A stretch of 64,000 nt of DNA, counting the filler, from Mitosporidium daphniae (taxonomy: Eukaryota): assembly GCF_000760515.2 (NCBI RefSeq). It is 7 parts of 7 records of this genome, joined end to end, with 100 filler letters (N's around TTAATTAATTAA, not from the genome) between each part and the next. Parts side by side here need not be neighbours in the genome. Positions count along the whole stretch, not along the records: positions 51,285 to 61,141 come from NW_013546679.1; positions 61,242 to 64,000 come from NW_013546565.1; 5 more parts are not named here. One strand, 5' to 3'. Below are positions 52,955 to 63,939 of this stretch, in pieces; the stretch's first letter is position 1, and every line of letters starts with the position of its first letter. Both the position numbers and the translations under genes were made by a program. A model generated the notes under the pieces. It had not been told where the DNA came from. It did not search any database and worked only from the letters and a program-made list of their open reading frames with translations.

Positions 52955-54067
52955 ATGAGGCGAAGAGTTCCTATCCTCTTTGTAGGGGCCTGTGTTGCGC
53001 TTAGTACAGCCTCTGTTTCATATTACAACTTTTCAAAGAAAAATGTCCATGTTTGGAAGGATCCTGTGGACGAGATCGGTGCTCATGCCTTAAAGTCGTT
53101 CTATGAGAGTAACTTTAGGGAAGCTAAACGGCTGTTTGCAAAAATATATGCACAACTTCACACCAACTCCGAAGCCATTTCTGCAGACTCACGTTGGTCC
53201 CATCCAATGGCAAAATGGAATCTTTTAAGGACTTTAATGCAAATCGAAAGGGAGTTAAATCCATCAAACTTACAAATTGCACAGTATCTCATACTAAGCT
53301 CTTCGGCTTTTGTTGCGGAAAACTCAAATTCGGAACAATTTTCTACCCTATTGGCAGATTCATGCATGGTCGCTGCAGATATTCTTCACAGAAAACAGAA
53401 GATTCAGGAGGCTCGGTCCTACTTAGATCTTGGATTATCATTTTTGACCCCGGTTTTGAATAGTCTCGTATCTTCAACTACAGCAGAGTCTCCAAAAGAT
53501 ATTTTGAAAAGGCATGTTGAGTTGTGTAATTCGATTTCTAGTCTATTAGAAACTAGCGGGGAAAATTATCTTTTGGATGGAAATTGGCTCAACGGGTATG
53601 ATCATTTTCGGCAATCGTATGCATTACTTGCACAAATGGATCCAAATTCAGCGGCTGGGGATGATGATAAATCAATATTTGAAAAGCTACAGTTAGACCC
53701 GGCGTCAAGGAGATCAATCCTTTTTTATAATATGGCAACCTGCTTAGTTGGGCTTTCGAGATTCTCAGAAGCGAAAGCGTATTGTGAAACAGTTAGAAGT
53801 TTGCTTGCAAATAACCATGAAAGATCCGCGATGGATACGCTTAAGAGGCTGATTTTCCCAATGAATTTAATAGAAAAAACTAAAGACGAAAACATAAGTC
53901 TTTTGAACAGATACAAAGACATGAATATGCTATTACTTGGCCATATTAATATGGCAATGGAAAGCTCGGAAACAGCCATAGATCTATTTAGTGAAGTATT
54001 AAGGAACACTTCGGAGGCTGATTTGAGGAGGGAGGCACATTCCTATATGCGAAAATTGAAAAAATAA
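52955..54067 (+). CDS. TPR-like helical protein with N-terminal anchor, possibly mitochondrial
   Basis: 370-aa ORF; TPR-like segments such as LFYNMATCLVGLSRFSEAKAYC. Confidence 0.6.
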   Translation: MRRRVPILFVGACVALSTASVSYYNFSKKNVHVWKDPVDEIGAHALKSFYESNFREAKRLFAKIYAQLHTNSEAISADSRWSHPMAKWNLLRTLMQIERELNPSNLQIAQYLILSSSAFVAENSNSEQFSTLLADSCMVAADILHRKQKIQEARSYLDLGLSFLTPVLNSLVSSTTAESPKDILKRHVELCNSISSLLETSGENYLLDGNWLNGYDHFRQSYALLAQMDPNSAAGDDDKSIFEKLQLDPASRRSILFYNMATCLVGLSRFSEAKAYCETVRSLLANNHERSAMDTLKRLIFPMNLIEKTKDENISLLNRYKDMNMLLLGHINMAMESSETAIDLFSEVLRNTSEADLRREAHSYMRKLKK

Positions 54068-54074
54068 AATAAAA

Positions 54075-54149
54075 TACCTGAGAAGGGACTCGAACCCTCA
54101 ACCCTTTGATTAGAAGTCAAAAGCGCTAATCCTATTGCGCCACTCAGGC
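54075..54149 (-). tRNA. tRNA-Arg(TCT)
   Basis: Reverse complement GCCTGAG...TTTGA-CT-TCT-AA-TCAAA...GTTCGAGT...CTCAGGTA. Confidence 0.93.
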
Positions 54150-54307
54150 CTATGATGGTGGAAAGTTTTTAAATATATATAATAATATATATTTAATATG
54201 ATCACTAAAACCCCCTTTTGGAATTCATTTATCACCTTTAGGCTATGTCTATCATTGTCGTTATCTTTATTTATCCTTATACAAGAATTTCTTCTCATCG
54301 CCATTAG

Positions 54308-56896
54308 ATGAGCTTTTTTCCCTATAGATCCTCGATTGGTGTGTCGGGGCTGAGATGTATTTCATGCACTCAAAAGATTGATTCTATTTTGGCAGCCTTC
54401 TGCTCTGTAAATTCAAGCACCTATTTAAAGGCGTTTTCAGTCTCTTTTCCCCTATCAAAAATTTTTCTTGAAATCATGTCTAGCGATTGTAGTGATTCGA
54501 TTTCTTCTTACCTGGAAAAACGGATAATTCCTTGCCTTGAAGAGGCCGGGTTTCCATGTTTTCTAATTGACCTTTCCCAAGAATTGGGGGTCAATGTTTC
54601 TACTGATATGAAGATGCCATACGATGTATTTATTAATACCAAATACTCGCCTAAAAATTTGTTTTTCAATGATGTGGCATTGTTATCTTCAGAAGAATTT
54701 GTACATTCTTCTGTAATCCCAGGAATTACTCTTAAAGGTCCATTAAAAAGAAACGAAGATCAAATGTCTTTTTATGCTAGCATTTCGGACAACTTCTCCA
54801 TCTTAATTTCCCTACTTCCTGCTAATAGTACTATTGTAAAGATAGACTGCATTGATCGGTCAAAGGCGCCAAAGAGCAAAAAATATCTTTTCAACGACTT
54901 GATACTTTGTGTTGGGACACTAACACTTCAATTCGTGTTTTCCTTTTTGCCTATTTCCATCATTTTCCAGCTATTGCTGGTGATTGTGCTATTAGCATTT
55001 AGCACATACATTCGAATTGTGATTAAATTTGGGCTAAGAAACTTGGCTAATGGACATCCAACGATGGACTCGCTGGTGTCTCTGGCGCTTCTTGGATCAT
55101 TTGTACTGGAAATCATGAATTTAGACGGTCTAGATCCATTTTTTTCCTTTACAATGCTATTGATATCTGTTTTGATTGGACGTATTTTGGAAGATCAAGC
55201 TGGACACAAAGGAGTCTGTTTGAATGCTGAAAGGACCATATTAGCTAAAATGCTAAAGCCAGACAACGAAAATTTTGTGGAGATCTTCATGTCGCCCGAG
55301 CTGCTATCCCCCGGAGATTTGGTCCGAATACTCCCGGGAGAAGTTGTGCCTGTAGATGGAAAGCTTGTTCTAGGAGCCTGTTCATATTTTGACGAATCAT
55401 TTATAACTGGAGAATCCGTTCCGGTTTATAAAGAAAGCAATGCCATTACGATTTGCGATTGTAAAATTGTCAATTCGAAATACTCAGATATCGTATTGGC
55501 AGGAACAAAAAATGTCGCAATTGGGAGGCCGGTCATTATGGAATGTTCCCATTCTCTTAATGGGTCTATATCATCTTGTTTGGCCCGAATAACAGAAAGT
55601 GCGCTCTCGAAACAATCCAATGCTCAAAGATTTGCTGACAGCTTGGCCAAATGGTTTGTTCCTTTTGTTCTGGGATTATCTGGATTGACATTTATCTCGA
55701 ATGTGATCATATTTTTGGACCTCAAACTTGCACTCGAAAGGTCCGTCTCTGTGATGGTTTCTGCATGTCCCTGTGCTATGGCGCTTGCAGCGCCAATTAT
55801 TTTCTCTACTGCTATCAAGTTAGCTAGGGAAAGAGGTGTAATTTTTAATGGTATGTCATCCTTCGAATCCCTTTCAACAATTCAGCAAATCTTTTTTGAC
55901 AAAACCGGAACAATTACAGCGGGGACGTTTACTCTGAAAGGACTATTTCTATATCCGGCAAATCGACAGGATTCTTATCGCATTTTGGCAATCATTAAGA
56001 GACTGGCAAGTACATCCACCCATCCCATTTGCTCTTCGCTCACCCATCATTTGCAGCTGTTGGACGGTGCATCGATGGAGGAGCATGCCGTTGATGATTT
56101 TTGCGAGATTCCTGGAAGAGGAATCTCGTGTTCTATTCGCATTTGTGGCGTTGGAAAATCAATCAAAGCTTTGCTCGGAAATTGGTTGCTGCTTGAAGAA
56201 AATGGAATTAAAGCACCGCAGGTTTGTGACGATTCGACAATGGTTTTGTTTGCCTTGGAAGGTGTACACATTGCCACGATTACGTTTTCAGAGTCCGTTC
56301 GGGAAGAAGCACCCTTTGTGATTGGTGAGCTATCCAAAATAATGCGGGTTTCAATCCTCACTGGGGATAGAAAGGGGGCAGCCCAGGCAGCTGCCATTGC
56401 TGTTGGGTTGGACTCGGATATCTTCTATGAGTGTGATCCATTTGCAAAGGAAAAAATTGTGCAAGATGCCGCTAGAGGCGATCAGAGCATGCGGCCAATT
56501 CCGGTAGCCATGGTTGGTGATGGGTTGAACGATTCTGCGGCAATGGCCAATGCTACCCTTTCAATTGCAATTGGAACGGGAAGTCCCTCCATTTTGTGGA
56601 GTAGTAAAATGGTGATTATGCGATCAAACCACCCATTATCACTGATTCCAGAAATGATACATCTCTGCCAAAGAGCAAAGAAATGGATATATGCTCTTTG
56701 GATTGGTTCGCTGCTTTACAATAGCATAATCCTTCCAATGGAAATGGGGCTACTCGGGGACATCTTCCTTCCTTCTTATATGGCATCGCTTTTGATGTCA
56801 CTGTCCAGCATCGGCGTTCTCGTGAGTGGTCATTTGTTTTCTTTTTTTAACTCTTCTGCAAAACTCATGTCACTGGCAAAGATCCAAAAGGCTTAG
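54308..56896 (+). CDS. P1B-type heavy-metal (Cu) transporting ATPase
   Basis: GLRCISC metal-binding motif, TGES, CPC, DKTGT, HP, GDGLND, YN; intronless. Confidence 0.93.
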   Translation: MSFFPYRSSIGVSGLRCISCTQKIDSILAAFCSVNSSTYLKAFSVSFPLSKIFLEIMSSDCSDSISSYLEKRIIPCLEEAGFPCFLIDLSQELGVNVSTDMKMPYDVFINTKYSPKNLFFNDVALLSSEEFVHSSVIPGITLKGPLKRNEDQMSFYASISDNFSILISLLPANSTIVKIDCIDRSKAPKSKKYLFNDLILCVGTLTLQFVFSFLPISIIFQLLLVIVLLAFSTYIRIVIKFGLRNLANGHPTMDSLVSLALLGSFVLEIMNLDGLDPFFSFTMLLISVLIGRILEDQAGHKGVCLNAERTILAKMLKPDNENFVEIFMSPELLSPGDLVRILPGEVVPVDGKLVLGACSYFDESFITGESVPVYKESNAITICDCKIVNSKYSDIVLAGTKNVAIGRPVIMECSHSLNGSISSCLARITESALSKQSNAQRFADSLAKWFVPFVLGLSGLTFISNVIIFLDLKLALERSVSVMVSACPCAMALAAPIIFSTAIKLARERGVIFNGMSSFESLSTIQQIFFDKTGTITAGTFTLKGLFLYPANRQDSYRILAIIKRLASTSTHPICSSLTHHLQLLDGASMEEHAVDDFCEIPGRGISCSIRICGVGKSIKALLGNWLLLEENGIKAPQVCDDSTMVLFALEGVHIATITFSESVREEAPFVIGELSKIMRVSILTGDRKGAAQAAAIAVGLDSDIFYECDPFAKEKIVQDAARGDQSMRPIPVAMVGDGLNDSAAMANATLSIAIGTGSPSILWSSKMVIMRSNHPLSLIPEMIHLCQRAKKWIYALWIGSLLYNSIILPMEMGLLGDIFLPSYMASLLMSLSSIGVLVSGHLFSFFNSSAKLMSLAKIQKA

Positions 56897-57476
56897 AAGC
56901 TCCATAGAAAACAACAAGCTTGACACCAATCCCAACTAAGCGTTAAAGACTCTAAATGTGTGTGGAAAGTTCAAATTCAATAAATTGAGAAAGACCATTT
57001 CCAAATTCTCCTTCGAACCTAAAAGAGCATGCGGAGAAAAAGGTATCATGCCAAAAACAACTCCGAATTTTTGTAAAACACTTTTAAATGGGTTTGGTGA
57101 TCATAATTAGTGTGGCTCGGAACATCCGACATTGATAAATACTAGTAGACCAATCGCTTATTAGCGATGTGTATTGCCCTTCATTATGCTACAAAAAATA
57201 CCAAAGCTACCGACTTTCTTGCTTGGCTTGGAAGGGCATATCAGTTATAGTCAATGCAATGCTTATAGGTAAAATAATTACATGCGCTACATATGAGGGC
57301 ACAATATCAATCCACAATAATATGGCAAAATGTCCCAAAGGCTAGTAAAAATGTGCACACTAATAAACAGGTAAAAAAGCGGCCGGTCGAGCGATGCTAT
57401 TTAAACACTTTATGTAAACTTCTTTTCAGAAGTGGATATCCACTGTTGGATTTATAGCTGGTTTTCGCAGTTGAGG

Positions 57477-60400
57477 CTAAAGTGCTGGTTTGTCTTGAAT
57501 TCTTTTTGAAAATTCGTCGTCTGGGAAAAAATAAGAATCAATCAGATCAAGATAACCGGGATTGTTGTGAATACTGGGATATATAATCTCCATGGGAACA
57601 TTTTTTCCTCCCAAAAATTCAACAATCTCATCAAGCCAATATGAGCGGATACCAGGACAAGTTTCAAGAGACACTAGTCCGTCTTCAGAAACGTCAATAG
57701 CTTGGCCATCGACGCTCAATTCGTTCATTAGCAGTTTTTTGGCCTCCTCCCCTTGACCATACGAAACTCTAATTCCGTTCCATATGTTTGTAGAAAAGAG
57801 CTTATATAATTTCTTGTATATATACACCTGTGCGCCAGAAATGGAGAAAAGCACCATTCCAGTTCCAAGTAGAGAACCAGTTTCACCAAAATGGCCGCCA
57901 AATATATTTAGCAGATACCTTGGGATGTTTCCAAGAAGGTAAAACGAAAAGAGTTGCAATAAAAATCTCAAGGGTCTGAACATTCTCGCTAGAAAATTTG
58001 GAAGCATCCAGCCAAGCGAAAAAAGGAAGCAAATCATAAACATAGTCAAAGACTCATCGCATCTTCGAATAGCTAAAGATGGGTATGGGGCATCATATAT
58101 CATCTTTACAGATGGTCTCCATCCCCAATATATACAGTTGATTGTGAGGATCGAATAAAAATCCATCCAATTCCAAGGCCTTTGGTAGGCCATCAAAAAA
58201 GGACCACCAATAAAAATCAATAATATCATCTTAATATGTGGATAGGTTCTAAAAAACAAGCCAGACACCAGGGTTAACTGCCTCTGAATTTGAACAGAAA
58301 TAATTTGAGATTGAATTGGAAGGCCAAAGATCCAATTTTGGGCAAACTGGATAATGTTAAATTTACCAAAAGATTGCGAATAGATAAACCAGTGAAGGAA
58401 TTTAACATTACCAGATGCAACTGATGGCTTTAGCGGTATACGAGAAATAGCATTCCGGAACAAGGAGATGATTCCATTCGGCGTAAAATGATAATTCTCG
58501 CCTATAAAAAGTGACTTCAAAATGTTTTTTGGCGAAGATCTTAGTACTTGATTGAGAATACTTTCCGCGCTTATAGACCTTGGCGTCATAGTAGTTACAA
58601 ATAAAGACCAAATGATCCACCAAAGACGCTTAAAGGATGTAAGTACTGAACCTTTAGGTAAGATTACCAATTTTGAAGATAATAAGATTCCATAAATAAA
58701 TGCCTCCATGATTAGCCGGCAAAAATGCCTGCCGTGATGCCCATCTCTGAATGAATTAAAGGAGTAGTTTTTCGGTCTATAAAGTAAGGTCTCAAGCATA
58801 GCCCGTGGACTCCAAGAATAATGCTCGCCTCTAAGGAGGCTGTGTTCCCTCTCTTCTTGGCTCAATTCGTTAGAAAAATCACCAAAATCCTTCAATGATG
58901 ATTGCGAGACGTAACTGTAGGCATCTTTGTTTCCCTTGAGATTTTCCAAAATCTGAAAAATCGCAAGGTTATCAATCCCAAAAGCGAGCCGTTGTTTTGA
59001 AAAGGCCCGAATAATGGGCCGAAGAATACTCCATGCATCGAAAAAGCTCGTAAACATTCCGGTATCGCAAAGGAGGGCTACAGCAAGTTGCGGAATATTC
59101 TGGGATAATAACCTATTTTGCTTTCCCTTTAAAGCTTCAAGGGGAGACGCCAATGGAATGGGGTTGGTCGATTGATACCCTCCAGCCTCAATGGAGGTTG
59201 CTGATGCTTCTGCTTCACAAACATCCTCAGAATAAATGGTGTAAATTAAGCCAACAAGCTGAAATGGGTCGGTATGAAAAGGGCCGCCCTTATTACATGA
59301 GAAATACCCTATAGAAAATAGGATCATGAATATAGGAACCGAGAGTATTATACATGAATATCTATCATTTGTGGATGGGCTATCCCAGACCAGAAAAAGA
59401 AGACCCAAAAAGGTAAAACTAACAATGGAAATATACTTGGAAATATTGGTAATAAAGTCATTGGGATCTCTAGAAGTTTTAAAGTGTATATTCCTCCAAT
59501 CATCATCGTATGTGACATGAACATCTCCCCAAGAGCTATAAACGAAATACAAATATGGGAACCATGTTGAAATTCCAAAAATAGATAGGTCAAAAATGAC
59601 TTTGATTATCCCTGTTGCAATGAAAATAGTGGATGCAAGGAAGTATACTCTAAACTTTGCATCCGAATATGCAACTTGAAGCCAGTACTTTGAACGAGTT
59701 AAGAATCCCGTTTTGAGTTCCTTCCAGATTGCCTGTAAATATGGAACGTATTCCCTCCCCATAAATAGGTCAACAAAAATAGTGGCTGCCTTAAAACAAA
59801 ACATAGAGGTCCCAAAAATGCTCTTGATAAAAAAGTAATCAAGATAAAAAATAAAACCCAGCGAAAATAAGACATACTGAGACAAGAATAGCGCCAAATT
59901 AATTGCCTTATTAAGAAGTAGGATCAAGCCACAAGACAATAGTAAACATGGAATCCATTTTGAAAAGATGAAATCAATAGCTTGGATCAATGCAATCATT
60001 ATGTAAGGGAGTGGAGAGTATTTGAACGAATAAATAAAAACGTTTCCAGGCAATAGTGAGTCATATTGCCATATATAAAACAAGATGAATATTACACATT
60101 TTGCTGAAATTGAGCAACGGATTTCTTCGCTCTGAAACTTTGATTGGATAGAGTCAAAGACGTAATATATATTCAAAATATTAAAGACTATACTGGGACT
60201 ATAAAGGACTGATGGATCTAATGTCGGAAGGGTGATGTTTACAATCTTAGGTAATCTTCTTTTAAAGAAACGACCAAGCTCAAAAATACCCTTGGGCTGC
60301 GGGTTTTGACTTTCCGCAACATTATTCCCAAATTCAAGGATGCGAGAAAGCCAGTACCAGTCTTTGGCGTAGCGTTTTATCAATCCAATGCTAAAGTTGG

Positions 60401-60662
60401 AAACACCGGGAAATGTTTGCCTGAAAAAATCCAAAATTCTTTTAAGTAAGCTTCCATTTATCTCTGTTTCGTCAAAAGATAAGTAAGAGGTAATGTAAAT
60501 TGAAGCCACGAATATGCCTCGTTTCGAAAAAAAAGGAAACACAAAGAATAGGGTTAATGCGAGAAAGAAAAAAGCCTCAATATGTTCCTGGAATATATAC
60601 AAAGCATCCGATAATATATCACTAAGGGAGATATTTTGGATGAGTGGATCGGGCGTAGCCAT
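57477..60662 (-). CDS. Large hypothetical polytopic membrane protein
   Basis: About 1060-aa intronless ORF with many hydrophobic segments; no recognised family. Confidence 0.7.
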   Translation of the reverse strand: MATPDPLIQNISLSDILSDALYIFQEHIEAFFFLALTLFFVFPFFSKRGIFVASIYITSYLSFDETEINGSLLKRILDFFRQTFPGVSNFSIGLIKRYAKDWYWLSRILEFGNNVAESQNPQPKGIFELGRFFKRRLPKIVNITLPTLDPSVLYSPSIVFNILNIYYVFDSIQSKFQSEEIRCSISAKCVIFILFYIWQYDSLLPGNVFIYSFKYSPLPYIMIALIQAIDFIFSKWIPCLLLSCGLILLLNKAINLALFLSQYVLFSLGFIFYLDYFFIKSIFGTSMFCFKAATIFVDLFMGREYVPYLQAIWKELKTGFLTRSKYWLQVAYSDAKFRVYFLASTIFIATGIIKVIFDLSIFGISTWFPYLYFVYSSWGDVHVTYDDDWRNIHFKTSRDPNDFITNISKYISIVSFTFLGLLFLVWDSPSTNDRYSCIILSVPIFMILFSIGYFSCNKGGPFHTDPFQLVGLIYTIYSEDVCEAEASATSIEAGGYQSTNPIPLASPLEALKGKQNRLLSQNIPQLAVALLCDTGMFTSFFDAWSILRPIIRAFSKQRLAFGIDNLAIFQILENLKGNKDAYSYVSQSSLKDFGDFSNELSQEEREHSLLRGEHYSWSPRAMLETLLYRPKNYSFNSFRDGHHGRHFCRLIMEAFIYGILLSSKLVILPKGSVLTSFKRLWWIIWSLFVTTMTPRSISAESILNQVLRSSPKNILKSLFIGENYHFTPNGIISLFRNAISRIPLKPSVASGNVKFLHWFIYSQSFGKFNIIQFAQNWIFGLPIQSQIISVQIQRQLTLVSGLFFRTYPHIKMILLIFIGGPFLMAYQRPWNWMDFYSILTINCIYWGWRPSVKMIYDAPYPSLAIRRCDESLTMFMICFLFSLGWMLPNFLARMFRPLRFLLQLFSFYLLGNIPRYLLNIFGGHFGETGSLLGTGMVLFSISGAQVYIYKKLYKLFSTNIWNGIRVSYGQGEEAKKLLMNELSVDGQAIDVSEDGLVSLETCPGIRSYWLDEIVEFLGGKNVPMEIIYPSIHNNPGYLDLIDSYFFPDDEFSKRIQDKPAL

Positions 60663-60757
60663 TTCTTTAAAAAGGAATGATTTCGGTTGGCTTTTCAAAT
60701 TCAACTGTCCAATGGAAGGATAGGTTTAATTTTGGAAATTTTAATATTTTATTCTAA

Positions 60758-61141
60758 ATGAAAATCCTGACCCATAACTTGCTTCAATGTAATGTTGCTT
60801 CCAAGCACTGTAAAGGACCAAAGTATCCCCTGGAAATTGAAGCTGCAGATAGCACGGATTTAGAAAAACCAAGCTGGACATATACCAAAACAGAATATGA
60901 GCCTGAATTCCTTGAACGCCTGATATCGAAGATAAATTGGCCAGTTCTTCGGAAAGCAGCAGAGGCCATCCAAAAATTTGATCCCTCAATAGTGTACCCA
61001 GAAACACCACCCTATTACCAAAACACTACAGAGGAGGCCATGGAGATTTCTAACGGCCCCTCGGACCTTCTTACCGTTGCGTGGTGTGATAAAAACGAGC
61101 CTAATTCTGAAAAGTGGTGGAAAGCATTAAATTTTTGGATG
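60758..61141 (+). CDS. TRM112: Methyltransferase activator Trm112, 3' truncated
   Basis: MKILTHNLLQC...YPL...EFLERLISKINWPVLRKAA. Confidence 0.88.
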
Positions 61142-61263
61142 NNNNNNNNNNNNNNNNNNNNNNNNNNNNNNNNNNNNNNNNNNNNTTAATTAATTAANNN
61201 NNNNNNNNNNNNNNNNNNNNNNNNNNNNNNNNNNNNNNNNNCATTCTAATAAATGTTTGATTC

Positions 61264-61300
61264 CTCCAGTCCACCGCTCAACCAATTGAGCCATCAAAGG
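61264..61300 (-). pseudogene. tRNA-Tyr 5' half, mutated copy
   Basis: Matches 62895-62931 with substitutions, including anticodon GTA>GGA. Confidence 0.65.
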
Positions 61301-61547
61301 ATGATGTAGATGGAAGGGGTAACGTCAAGTGGATTTCACCTTAGACAAATGCTTCTAGAAAACTGTTCAACATTGCGTAGTATGGCAATGAACGAAGCAG
61401 TGCAATTTCTACGCGTTACACCTTACCATCTTAACGACTAATTTTCGACCGTGTGGATGGATCAGAGCTTACGCCTTACATTTTAAGTACCTTCCGTATG
61501 GTCGTAAGGCGTCGAAAAGTCACTTTTCTGGATAAAGTTACGACAAC

Positions 61548-61619
61548 GGTTCCATGGTGTAATGGTTATCACATCAGACTTTGACTCTGATAATCTGAGT
61601 TCGATTCTCAGTGGAACCT
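61548..61619 (+). tRNA. tRNA-Gln(TTG)
   Basis: GGTTCCA/TGGAACC acceptor; TCAGA-CT-TTG-AC-TCTGA anticodon arm. Confidence 0.93.
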
Positions 61620-61712
61620 TCATTTATGATCGTTTCGCCCTTGAAAGACTATTTCTAGTCTATGATGATCAAGGTTTTTATAGGCATTTAATGTTTTATA
61701 NNNCACGTANCA

Positions 61713-61784
61713 GGCTCATTGGTCTAGTAGTATGATACTTGCTTCGGGTGTAAGTGATCCCGGGTTCAATTCCCGGATGGGCCC
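61713..61784 (+). tRNA. tRNA-Pro(CGG)
   Basis: GGCTCAT/ATGGGCC acceptor; CTTGC-TT-CGG-GT-GTAAG; D-loop has AG in place of GG. Confidence 0.85.
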
Positions 61785-62157
61785 ATTATAATTTANNNNA
61801 NCCGGNGGATTTACAAGTGATNTTCTTNCTNTTTATGTAAGATTACTNCGGTCGACNGAAATNACAGAAAACACTAAAGATGTACCTGTGCTTGTTTCAA
61901 CAGGATTATGATGTACTTAGGCGTTGCGTTTAGAAATCATAGTCGTGAATGCCAACGGAAACATCGAATAGTCAAGTCAGAATGCCCGGTCTCCGATGTA
62001 CTTCTTTACCCCGTACCTTGGTATGTCCTTGAGGTATCGCACATAACTAGGAGCAAACGCAGAGGATGGGTAGGTAGTAGTTCGTTGCTGTGAAATGTAC
62101 TTCTGTTGCCACCTGAGCTGTATCGTCCATTTTCAAAACTTGAGTATAAGTTATAAT

Positions 62158-62230
62158 TGATCGTAGCAGGACTCGAACCTGCAATCTTCGGATCCGAAGT
62201 CCGACGCCTTATCCATTAGGCCACACGACC
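62158..62230 (-). tRNA. tRNA-Arg(TCG)
   Basis: Reverse complement GGTCGTGTGGCCTAATGGATAAGGCGTCGGACTTCGGATCCGA... Confidence 0.93.
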
Positions 62231-62324
62231 GTATTAATATCGAGACATTAAATGAAGAAATAAAAATAATAATCCCAATATTGGGTAAAAGATAAATTTT
62301 AATTTAGTGTCCAAATGTAATGAA

Positions 62325-62406
62325 TGGCAGCGATGGGATTCGAACCCATGCCTCCGAAGAGACTGGTGCCTTAAACCAGCGCCTTAGACCGCTCGGCCAC
62401 GCTACC
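62325..62406 (-). tRNA. tRNA-Leu(AAG)
   Basis: Reverse complement GGTAGCGTGGCCGAGCGGTCTAAGGCGCTGGTTTAAGGCACCAG..., long variable arm, 82 nt. Confidence 0.95.
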
Positions 62407-62758
62407 TTAATAATCGCGCTTTGCGGATGTTCCCTGAGGCAGAATTTGCAAGTTTTCTATTACAATATGTGAACCAGCATGTCGCAGATTGGTTAGCAAC
62501 TTTGTTTGGTAATGTCGCAAGATATGAAAGTCCTTTGTTTTATCTAACTTCGAAAGGATTATATGTTTGAAATGGCTTGCTTTGCTTATTTAAGACGAAC
62601 ACAGATTGCCGAAGGCGAAAGCTAATTTGGCTGATGTGCAGTGTAATTCAAAGCGTGTGATAGGACAATTCATGAGCTGTGTTCGATATTACATTAGTGC
62701 AAATTTCCACATGCAAGTCCACTAAATGTTATTAGTTTGAAACATACGAATAAACTTG

Positions 62759-62830
62759 GGGCTCATCCGGGATTTGAACCCGGGGCCTCCTACACCCAAA
62801 GCAGGAATCATACCACTAGACCAATAAGCC
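62759..62830 (-). tRNA. tRNA-Pro(TGG)
   Basis: Reverse complement GGCTTATTGGTCTAGTGGTATGATTCCTGCTTTGGGTGTAGG...ATGAGCCC. Confidence 0.93.
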
Positions 62831-62894
62831 ACATGTAAGATCGCACCAGTTGAACAATATACCTTACAATATCATTCAAATCAATGTTTGATTC

Positions 62895-62931
62895 CTACAG
62901 TCCACCGCTCTACCAATTGAGCTATCAAAGG
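62895..62931 (-). pseudogene. tRNA-Tyr(GTA) 5' exon without a 3' exon
   Basis: CCTTTGATAGCTCAATTGGTAGAGCGGTGGACTGTAG ends at position 37; no T-arm or acceptor follows before the Pro gene. Confidence 0.75.
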
Positions 62932-63170
62932 ATGATGTAGACGGAAGAGGCAGCGTCAAGTGGACATCACCTTAGATAAATGCTTCTAGAAAACTGTTCA
63001 ACATTGCGTAATATGGCAATGAACGAAGCAGTGAAATTTCTACGCGTTATACCTTACCATCTTAACGACTAATTTTCGCCCGTGTGGATGGATCAGAGCT
63101 TACGCCATACATTTTAAGTACCTTCCGTATGGCATCGGATAGGACCTTTTGTGGATATAGATACGACAAC

Positions 63171-63242
63171 GGTTCCATGGTGTAATGGTTATCACATCAG
63201 ACTTTGACTCTGATAATCTGAGTTCGATTCTCAGTGGAACCT
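63171..63242 (+). tRNA. tRNA-Gln(TTG), second copy
   Basis: Identical to 61548-61619. Confidence 0.93.
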
Positions 63243-63335
63243 TCATTTTTGGTCGTTTCGCTCTTGAAAAACCATTCGTAGTCTATAATGATCATGATTT
63301 TTATCGGCATTTAATGTTTTATAATACACGTAACA

Positions 63336-63407
63336 GGCTCATTGGTCTAGTAGTATGATACTTGCTTCGGGTGTAAGTGATCCCGGGTTCAATTCCCGGA
63401 TGGGCCC
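63336..63407 (+). tRNA. tRNA-Pro(CGG), second copy
   Basis: Identical to 61713-61784. Confidence 0.85.
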
Positions 63408-63782
63408 ATTATAATTTATTTCATCCGGAGGATTTACAAGTGATGTTCTTCCTCTTTATGTAAGATTACTACGGTCGACCGAAATCACAGAAAACACTAA
63501 AGATGTACCTGTGCTTGTTTCAGCAGGATTAGGATGTACTTGGCCGTTGCNTTTAGAAATCCTCGTCGTGAATGCCAACGGAAACATCAAATAATCAAGT
63601 CTACGTAATCGCCGGTATCCGATGTACTTATTTACCACGTACCTTGGTGTGCCCTTGAGGCATCGCACATAACTAGGAGTAACGCAAGCAATGGGTGGGT
63701 AGTAGTTTGTTGCTGTGAAATGTACTTGTGTTGCCATCTGAGCTGTTTCGTCGATTTCCTATACTTTAATATAAGATAGAAC

Positions 63783-63855
63783 TGATCGTAGCAGGACTCG
63801 AACCTGCAATCTTCGGATCCGAAGTCCGACGCCTTATCCATTAGGCCACACGACC
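63783..63855 (-). tRNA. tRNA-Arg(TCG), second copy
   Basis: Identical to 62158-62230. Confidence 0.93.
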
Positions 63856-63939
63856 CTATTAATATCGAGACATTGAATGTATAAATAAAAATGATCATCT
63901 CAATGTTGGGTAAAAGATAAATTTTAATTTAGTAATGAA

